A stretch of DNA of 59,710 bases, the filler included. It is 4 parts of 4 records of this genome, joined end to end, with 100 filler letters (N's around TTAATTAATTAA, not from the genome) between each part and the next. Parts side by side here need not be neighbours in the genome. Positions count along the whole stretch, not along the records: positions 51,245 to 59,710 come from DRR378314_1778; 3 more parts are not named here. One strand, 5' to 3'. Both the position numbers and the translations under genes were made by a program. The notes below the pieces were generated by a model. The model was not told where the DNA came from, did not search any database, and saw only the letters and a program-made list of their open reading frames with translations. Positions 54,401 to 59,710 of this stretch are shown one piece after another (position 1 is the first letter of the stretch; every line of letters starts with the position of its first letter).

Positions 54401-54586
54401 GCGCTCGACCTCTTCGGGCGACAGGCCTTCAGTCTCCGTGAAGACCTGGACCAGCGAGGGCGAGGGATCGGGAAAGGCATCGACGGGAAGGCTGCGGAAG
54501 GCAAACAGGCCGCCGATGGACAGGGCGAGTGCGGCAATGGCGGCAAGCAGCCGACCACCCGCAAGGCGGTGCATCAGATTGATCAT
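51473..54586 (-). CDS. czcA: Heavy-metal efflux RND permease (CzcA/CusA family)
   Basis: LPVDAFPD, SPEEVERYVTYPIE, VDGAIVIAEN, GFIALFGIA, RARPVLMTA, GAEVQRPLA. 1037 aa. Confidence 0.95.
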   Translation of the reverse strand: MINLMHRLAGGRLLAAIAALALSIGGLFAFRSLPVDAFPDPSPSLVQVFTETEGLSPEEVERYVTYPIETAMSGLPKVEEIRSTSNFGLSVINIYFEDGTDVYFARQVVGERLGEAGEAIPEGFGTPKMGPISTGLGIIMYYRLVDETGERSLVELREIADWMIKYPLQSVEGVTEVLSLGGFEKQYQVRLDPDQLTSYDLSVSDVIGSLEAANKTAGAQFIEIGAEQYTVRGVGLARTLDDLRETPVRTVDGRTVRVSDLGEVAIGGGVRQGLATANGDGETVAGLVLKLYGTNTSEVIENAQARFDEINRSLPDGVKAVPYYDQGTLVKKAAATVTTALWQGALLVAVIVFLFLGGWRPSLVVVMAIPFSVGFAFIAMSVFGIGANLMTLGGVAIAIGMMVDGAIVIAENVDRGFRERREGEDSRTTIARASAEVIAPLIAAVAVVIIVFLPLFSLQGTEGKTFRPLAASAALAMTGSLLYAALIAPAMALGLMRPPKSDKKEGDSRLTSLIKPLAAFFIRRRLAAIGLAGVLLLAGGLSATRLGSEFTPALEEGDVLLRVTMAPSISLTEAKKTSTRIEARLLDAFPEISSIVSRIGRGEVGAHADPVNSIEAFVALRPRNEWRGGISPNELRAAISDNLGSFPGIRVNVGQPIAMSVDELLTGTKAQLAVKIFGPDTEVLLEGSQALQSILQDVPGATDVQADQITGAPQLVVSLNRPALGRYGLSVEEALDALRSGVGGAEAGTVFEGVRQFPVIVRYAEEDRDTPEAIGRIILVSASGARVPLESVAGIREIVGPRQITRENGERFITVQLNVRGRDIGSYVADAQAAVAGQLDLPVGYRVEWGGQFELQQEANQRFATVIPITLGIVFLILLLTFGRMKSAILILLNIPLALTGGAMALWIAGLPISVPATVGFIALFGIALGNGMVLVSFMDDFARQGRCRDELAVEAAGLRARPVLMTALTTALGLAPLLFASGVGAEVQRPLAAVVMGGLVSSTVLTLLVLPALHRWFAPKPEAHASLIEAKHVHAL

Positions 54587-54598
54587 CTTGCGGGTCTC

Positions 54599-55813
54599 CT
54601 AGTGCGCGTGGCCGTCGCCGAACGCGTCTTTTTCAAGCTGCGCTTTCAGCGTGAAGGCGCCCTCCCTGACGAAGGCTTCGCCCGCCTCGAGCCCGGAGAC
54701 GATCTCTGTATAGCCCCCCGCCCTGTCGCCTGTGCGGACCTCGCGCGGTTCGAAACCATCATCCGTTGGCACGAAGACCGACATCCTGTCCTCGACGCTG
54801 ACAATCGCATCGGATGGCACACGCACAACAGACCGCAGGTCCCCGGTCTCGATCCGGGCGGTCACGAACTGACCAGGTTTCAATCTCTGTCCGGCATTGT
54901 CGACGATGACCCGCGCAGTCCCTGTGCGGGACGTCTCATTGATGACCGGCAGGACAATTGAAATCGTCCCCTCTGCCAGAACGCGTCCATCATCCTGCTG
55001 AAGGATCACGGCCTGGCCTTCGCTGACCCTGGCAAGATCTTCCTTGTAGACCGCGATATCGGCCCAGACGACGCTGTCATCCAGGATGACGAACATCGGC
55101 GCGCCGCCAGCCGACACGGTTTCGCCAAGCGAGACGCTTCGCTGGATCACTTCTCCGGACAGCGGCGCGGTCACATACGCCTGCGCCAGCACCCCGTCCG
55201 CCGCCTCATCCAGCCTGTCCAGCACGCCATGACCGATACCGATCGCGTGGAGCCTGTTCTCGGTGGCCTCGCGAGCGGCATTCGCGGCCGCGAAGGCCGC
55301 TCGCGCCGACTGCACATCGGCTTCGGACGTGATCTTCTGCTCCCAGAGGTTTTCCTCGCGGTCCAGCTCGGCCCGCGCCAGACGCTCAGCGCTGAGTGCA
55401 TTCATATAGTCGGCCTTGAGGCCGGCCAGCTCACGGCTGGTCAACCGCGCAAGCCTCGCGCCGGCTTTCACCGTGTCGCCTTCGCCAGCATGGAACTCGG
55501 CGACAATGCCGTCCACCTGCGGCGAGACCCTCGCCACCCGGTCCGCGTCGAAACGGATTTCCGCTGGCAGGTCCAGAGACCCCGAAACCGGCCCGGTACC
55601 GGCCTGCGCAATCCGGATTCCGGCCGCTTCAGCCGCCTCGGCGCTCAGCTCGACATGGTCGCCGCCTTCGTGCCCCTCCCCTTCGTCATGGCCGTCATGG
55701 GCTTCCAGAGCCGTCTGGCTTGCCGCCGGCGAACCGGGCGCGTCCTTGCTACAGGCCGTGAGATATAAAAGCGCCGGACAAAACAGCGCCGCATGGATCA
55801 AGTTCAGTTTCAT
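54599..55813 (-). CDS. czcB: RND periplasmic adaptor (CzcB-like) with His-rich N-terminus
   Basis: LTAC lipobox-like segment, HDGHDEGEGHEGGDH, APLSGEVI, LKPGQFV, C-terminal GHAH. Confidence 0.92.
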   Translation of the reverse strand: MKLNLIHAALFCPALLYLTACSKDAPGSPAASQTALEAHDGHDEGEGHEGGDHVELSAEAAEAAGIRIAQAGTGPVSGSLDLPAEIRFDADRVARVSPQVDGIVAEFHAGEGDTVKAGARLARLTSRELAGLKADYMNALSAERLARAELDREENLWEQKITSEADVQSARAAFAAANAAREATENRLHAIGIGHGVLDRLDEAADGVLAQAYVTAPLSGEVIQRSVSLGETVSAGGAPMFVILDDSVVWADIAVYKEDLARVSEGQAVILQQDDGRVLAEGTISIVLPVINETSRTGTARVIVDNAGQRLKPGQFVTARIETGDLRSVVRVPSDAIVSVEDRMSVFVPTDDGFEPREVRTGDRAGGYTEIVSGLEAGEAFVREGAFTLKAQLEKDAFGDGHAH

Positions 55814-57105
55814 TGGATCTCTCCTTCGAACGGCGCGGCGCCGATCAGGGCGCGCAAACGCAGGCTTTGTGTCTGGAGCGCAAGCCGGGCATCGATCACG
55901 GCGGCGCGGGTTTCGATCAGGCTGCGCCGCGCATCAAGCGTGGCCGTGAGATCGAATTTGCCGGCACGGTAGCCCTCGGCGGCGGAAGCATAGGCGTCTT
56001 CGGCCAGGGGAAGGGCTTCGCCCTCGAGACGCTGCAACCGGGATTTCGCGGCCCGGACCAGCGCAGACAGGCTCGCCTGCTCGGCTCTCAGTCTTGCTTC
56101 GACAGCCCGTGCCTTGAGCTCTGCCCCTTCGCTGCGGAACCGGGCGGCGCGTGTGGCGTCATGGTTTTGGTCGAACAGCGGAAGCGGCAAGCTGACACCT
56201 GCAAGGAAAGCACTGTCTCCGGTATCCTCGAAGCGCCGCACCCCGGCCGAGACGGTGACATCCGGCCACGCCCCGGCCCGCGCACGTTCTTCCGCTGCGG
56301 CTCTGGCATCGGCGCTCGCCTGCGCCGCCTGCAGTCTGGGATGCAGACCGTTCGCGGCGTCAGACGCCTCGCCATCCGCCGAGAGGCCGGAAGCGGCCGG
56401 CTCAGGCAGGATGAAGTCCACCTCGGAGCTACCCCAGACCGAAGCCAGCGCAAGTGCACGCGCCTCAGCCTCGCCGCGCGTAGCATCGGCGGCAGCCTGA
56501 AGGATGGCCGCTTCGGCACTCGACCGGGAAAGCTCCGGCGGGGCGGCCGCGCCGGCATCGACGCGGCGCTCGACGACACTGGCAAATTCCCCGGCAAGCC
56601 TGGCCGAGGCGTCCGCCACATCCGCCATCTCGATAGCAGCCTGCAAATCCAAGAAAAGTTCGCCTGCAAGCCTCTTGGCTTCCAGCCGCTGGACGTTGCA
56701 TTCAGCACTCGCCAATGCGGCCTCGGCTCTTGCGGCACGTTCAGAAAGACGCCGCTTGCCGCCGAGCCGGAAGGTCTGCTCGACCGCAAGCGTTGTCTCA
56801 TAGGCATCGAAGCCTTCCAGCCCGCCGGTGCCTGCGAAATTCTCGGTCTCCAGCGACAGCGCCGGATTGAGCCAACGGCCGGCCTGAGCGGCATCCGCCG
56901 AAGCGGCCCTTGCTTCGAGGGCGGCCGTCAGGACTTCCGGCGCGGCATGGCCCGCACGGGCGACCGCCCGCTCCAGCGTCAATGGCAGGGTCTGATCATA
57001 TTCACTTTGCCCAACAGGCGCAGGACTGCACCCCTGAGCGTAGGCTGCCCCGGCCAGAACCGGCAGGGCGAGCGCGGTGACAGCACCGCACAACAGATGT
57101 CTCAT
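55810..57105 (-). CDS. czcC: Outer membrane efflux protein (CzcC/TolC-like)
   Basis: Signal peptide, OEP repeats (LNPALSLE, GVSLPLPLFDQN, YRAGKFDLTATLDARR). 4-bp overlap with czcB. Confidence 0.9.
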   Translation of the reverse strand: MRHLLCGAVTALALPVLAGAAYAQGCSPAPVGQSEYDQTLPLTLERAVARAGHAAPEVLTAALEARAASADAAQAGRWLNPALSLETENFAGTGGLEGFDAYETTLAVEQTFRLGGKRRLSERAARAEAALASAECNVQRLEAKRLAGELFLDLQAAIEMADVADASARLAGEFASVVERRVDAGAAAPPELSRSSAEAAILQAAADATRGEAEARALALASVWGSSEVDFILPEPAASGLSADGEASDAANGLHPRLQAAQASADARAAAEERARAGAWPDVTVSAGVRRFEDTGDSAFLAGVSLPLPLFDQNHDATRAARFRSEGAELKARAVEARLRAEQASLSALVRAAKSRLQRLEGEALPLAEDAYASAAEGYRAGKFDLTATLDARRSLIETRAAVIDARLALQTQSLRLRALIGAAPFEGEIQ

Positions 57106-57179
57106 TTTGAATAGTTTCCTCGTCCAGATTCAACGACGACGCAGCCGGGGCTGCGCGGCAGGATTTTGGTGTCGTTGAT

Positions 57180-57545
57180 CTAGACGCGGGGAGGCCGGAA
57201 CAGGCCTGAGGGTTCGGCAAGTGCCGGATCGTTGCTTTTCAGAATGGTGATCTTCACAGCCGGGACATGGCGTTCGGCAAGGCTGAGGGCCTGACCGCGC
57301 AGAATATGGATATGGCAGGATCCGCAGCCATGCTGGTGATGCTCATGGCCTTCATGGTCCGGTTCGCCGGACCCGTGCCGGTCTGCCGCTGCGCTGTCCA
57401 TGCACAGCTCAACAGATGTCTGTTCAAGCTCGATCTTTTCACCAGCCGCAGGCGCCGCCAGCAGCGACACCGCTGTGAGCAACACGCCAAGAAGGCGCAG
57501 ACATGAAAGACCGGCATGAGCCATCATCTGGTCCTGATACCACAT
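57180..57545 (-). CDS. Small exported His/Cys-rich metal-binding protein (CzcI-like)
   Basis: Signal-like N-terminus, DHEGHEHHQHGCGSCHIH, C-terminal LFRPPR. First gene of the efflux operon. True start may be the ATG at 57527. Confidence 0.72.
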   Translation of the reverse strand: MWYQDQMMAHAGLSCLRLLGVLLTAVSLLAAPAAGEKIELEQTSVELCMDSAAADRHGSGEPDHEGHEHHQHGCGSCHIHILRGQALSLAERHVPAVKITILKSNDPALAEPSGLFRPPRV

Positions 57546-57692
57546 TCGGATGACGATTTGCTTATCACATTCCGTCGCATTCTGCGGTTATCCATCGAAG
57601 GTCATGCCATCCAGGCGAATGTTATGCCATGTCCGCTTTCGGGATGAACCAGCAATCACGGTCCCACCGCATAAACTTTGGTGCTGAAGTCA

Positions 57693-57721
57693 GTCACACA
57701 CGTCACACAACTTGTCACACA
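57693..57721. repeat. GTCACACA x3, candidate integrase arm-type sites
   Basis: Copies at 57693, 57702 and 57714, about 75 bp from the att-like core. Confidence 0.6.
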
Positions 57722-57795
57722 AGCAGAATGTAGTGTCGGCGGGCACCTATATTTTTTCGTTTAATATCAGCACCTTAATAAATACTTCAGTGAGC

Positions 57796-57822
57796 TGGCG
57801 GAGAGAGAGGGACTCTCCGCCA
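57796..57822. mobile_element. att-like core derived from a tRNA-Ser 3' end
   Basis: TGGCGGAGAG-AGAGGGA-CTCTCCGCCA: perfect 10-bp inverted repeat with a 7-bp spacer. The first 17 nt are the reverse complement of the common tRNA-Ser end TCCCTCTCTCTCCGCCA. Confidence 0.65.
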
Positions 57823-57833
57823 AGTGCTCGGGA

Positions 57834-59513
57834 TCAGGCTTTAAGGTGATCCAATGAAATGCCCTCGAACGAAATCTGCGATATCGCTTTTGTTAAGTCT
57901 GGAAGCTGAAGCTGGCGATTGTAGTTGTCGACGCTTCCACCCAACGAGCGCCCTGCCAGTCTCTTGGCAATCCTTTCCGGAATCATAGTCGCGCTCAAAG
58001 CGTTCTCGAAAGTATGACGGAATGTATGAGTATCGGCCGGATACTCACGCTCGGGGAAAAGCTTCTTTAGACGCCTGTTGAAGCTGCGTCTGGCGGCACC
58101 TTCGGATGGCTTCTGATCTGCCCGAAACTCCCAATTCGGAAACAACTCGTTTCCCCTTTTTCGCATCAGTCTGCAGTAGTCCAGAAACCCGAGTTCAATC
58201 AGGCGGGGGTGAATTGGAATGAACCGCTCCGACGATCTGTTCTTCAATGATCGCTCGTCATAACTCACCAATGAAACATGAGGATGTTCGTGGTCTTCGA
58301 ATACGTCTTCCATTCGGAGGTACAGCTCACTCAAGCGAGCGCCCATGAACAAGCCCATCAATGGTAGCCAAAACATATCGTTCTGATCTTCCAACGGCCA
58401 CGCCCTGTCGAACGGGTCCGACGTGAATATTACATTTAGCTCTTTGGTGGTGTAGGCTCTTCTGCTCGGTCTGGTAACTGAGCTGGATTCGGTGACCCCC
58501 ACCGCAGGATTGCTCACTAAGTGTCCTCGAATTACGGCCAGCTGAAGAACAGCTTGGATTTGCCTGAGCCGGTCTTTAATGGTTCCTGGGTCCAACTTGG
58601 CATAATTACTGCCATTGCGGGCTTTTTCGAGCTTCTCCGGAAAACTTAACCGTCTGAGCTCAGATATGGAACCCGACCTGGCTGGTGCTCTTTTCAGGGC
58701 GTCTCGATACGCCCAGATGTGAGATTTCTGCACCTTAAATATCGGAAGAGACGAACCGGTGAGTTCATGAAACTCGGTCCACGCAACCCGTCTACGCTCC
58801 AAAGTCTTTGCTTTCACAGGTGTCGACGAATCCTGTTTGACCTGTTCGTAGACCTCCCAATATTGCTCCAGAGATTTACGCCCCTCCGGCGTTAAAGGTG
58901 TATTATCTCCAAGTGCGGGCAATACTGTTGGCTCAACCTTTAAAAATGGAGACTTTGGTTGAGGAGGTGTTGCTAAGCCGCGAATCTCAGCCAAACCGTG
59001 GGTGTACGCATCCGACAGCACACCGGCTGCAGCTTTGAGCATCGCATTGCGAATGGGTGTATCCCTTGGAACGGACGCACTTTTGCTGGTGGTCACATCC
59101 AAATAGTGATCGACGAGCCACCCAACTAGCGCTTCAAGTTGCTCGGTATCGGTAGTTGTCAGGGCGCTCCGAAGATCCCCTAAGCGTTGATCGAGGCGAC
59201 CGCTCTTGCCTGTCTCCGTGCTCAGGAAGCTTTCCGTGATGATTGCAGTTTCCTGTTCATAAGCCACTCGGCAAAAAGCTTTGAAATCATTGGAAGCGAC
59301 GCCTTCTCTCAGAACGGAAAACGCACCTTCAAACTCCTTGATGCAATCAATGGCTGCTTTGTTGGCATCGTTCTGATCCCGCGTCGAAAGTGACTTGATA
59401 ATATGAGTTCTGAACCCCTTGCTATTTGGTTTTGGAAAGTAGCTCACGACATCTGAAGGGATCGGATACCTGATCTCAAAGAGTCCATTGGATCTCTCAT
59501 AAACATAACTCAT
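57834..59513 (-). CDS. Tyrosine recombinase/integrase with DUF6538-like N-terminus
   Basis: N-terminal FEIRYPIPSDV. Catalytic GARLSE, LKNRSSERFIPIH, HTFRH, DNY. Start at ATG 59513 after GAAGG (ORF track starts at 59537). Confidence 0.92.
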   Translation of the reverse strand: MSYVYERSNGLFEIRYPIPSDVVSYFPKPNSKGFRTHIIKSLSTRDQNDANKAAIDCIKEFEGAFSVLREGVASNDFKAFCRVAYEQETAIITESFLSTETGKSGRLDQRLGDLRSALTTTDTEQLEALVGWLVDHYLDVTTSKSASVPRDTPIRNAMLKAAAGVLSDAYTHGLAEIRGLATPPQPKSPFLKVEPTVLPALGDNTPLTPEGRKSLEQYWEVYEQVKQDSSTPVKAKTLERRRVAWTEFHELTGSSLPIFKVQKSHIWAYRDALKRAPARSGSISELRRLSFPEKLEKARNGSNYAKLDPGTIKDRLRQIQAVLQLAVIRGHLVSNPAVGVTESSSVTRPSRRAYTTKELNVIFTSDPFDRAWPLEDQNDMFWLPLMGLFMGARLSELYLRMEDVFEDHEHPHVSLVSYDERSLKNRSSERFIPIHPRLIELGFLDYCRLMRKRGNELFPNWEFRADQKPSEGAARRSFNRRLKKLFPEREYPADTHTFRHTFENALSATMIPERIAKRLAGRSLGGSVDNYNRQLQLPDLTKAISQISFEGISLDHLKA

Positions 59514-59597
59514 AGATCGATACCTTCTCGCACGCATAATGAACCCTTCCGACGATCAAATGACCCCCGGGGAGATGCGTTCTAGCGACACTGAATC

Positions 59598-59619
59598 GTG
59601 TTGAAAAGTGTGTTGAAAA
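59598..59619. repeat. GTGTTGAAAA direct repeat x2, candidate arm-type sites beside the tRNA
   Basis: Copies at 59598-59607 and 59610-59619, about 50 bp from the tRNA 3' end. Confidence 0.55.
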
Positions 59620-59670
59620 TCAGCGATTTTGCATCGCGTAACACATTGTTTTTCAATGGAATTCAAGCCG

Positions 59671-59710
59671 TGGCAGTCCCTAGGGGAATCGAACCCCTCT
59701 TTCCAGGTTG
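59671..59710 (-). tRNA. 3' half of a tRNA, probably tRNA-Glu(TTC), cut by the window edge
   Basis: Reverse complement CAACCTGGAAAGAGGGGTTCGATTCCCCTAGGGACTGCCA: T-arm AGGGG-TTCGATT-CCCCT and encoded CCA. Only position 36 (C) of the anticodon is visible. Confidence 0.85.

Noticed and set aside
51492..57114. Long plus-strand ORFs (52428-53141, 53927-54961, 55813-57114)
   Set aside because: Antisense shadows of the GC-rich efflux genes.
1..59710. CRISPR array, rRNA, retron or prophage genes
   Set aside because: No regularly spaced repeat-spacer array, rRNA-like segment, reverse transcriptase or phage structural gene was seen.

Overview
This window is not one genome. It holds four unrelated contigs joined by artificial 100-bp linkers (N44-TTAATTAATTAA-N44 at 29782-29881, 43011-43110 and 51145-51244). 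(1) 1-29781 is an AT-rich marine-type gammaproteobacterium (Pseudoalteromonas-like). It carries GGDEF/EAL genes, a Kelch + zinc-less sirtuin pair, a DJ-1/PfpI-RHH-dld operon, trhP-yfhL, the conserved ndk-rlmN-pilW-rodZ-ispG-hisS-yfgM-bamB-der cluster (PilW fused to two LysM domains), and a LysR-dabB-dabA inorganic-carbon pump followed by a decayed Cys-rich DUF6671-like gene missing from the ORF track. (2) 29882-43010 is Flavobacteriaceae-like: efflux adaptor/TolC, tsaB, mscS, dodecin, nifU, porP/sprF, vWA, TPR histidine kinase + LytTR, gamma-CA, fabD and REP-like repeats. (3) 43111-51144 is eukaryotic, with two divergent spliced genes that can be rebuilt by hand: a coiled-coil protein with at least 7 exons, and the start of an ion-transport-domain (adenylyl-cyclase-alpha-like) protein. 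(4) 51245-59710 is a GC-rich alphaproteobacterial (Hyphomonas-like) genomic-island edge: czcICBA-like heavy-metal efflux, a palindromic tRNA-Ser-derived att-like core with arm repeats, a tyrosine integrase, and the 3' half of a tRNA (probably Glu). Taxon and family assignments come from motif recall, not database searches.
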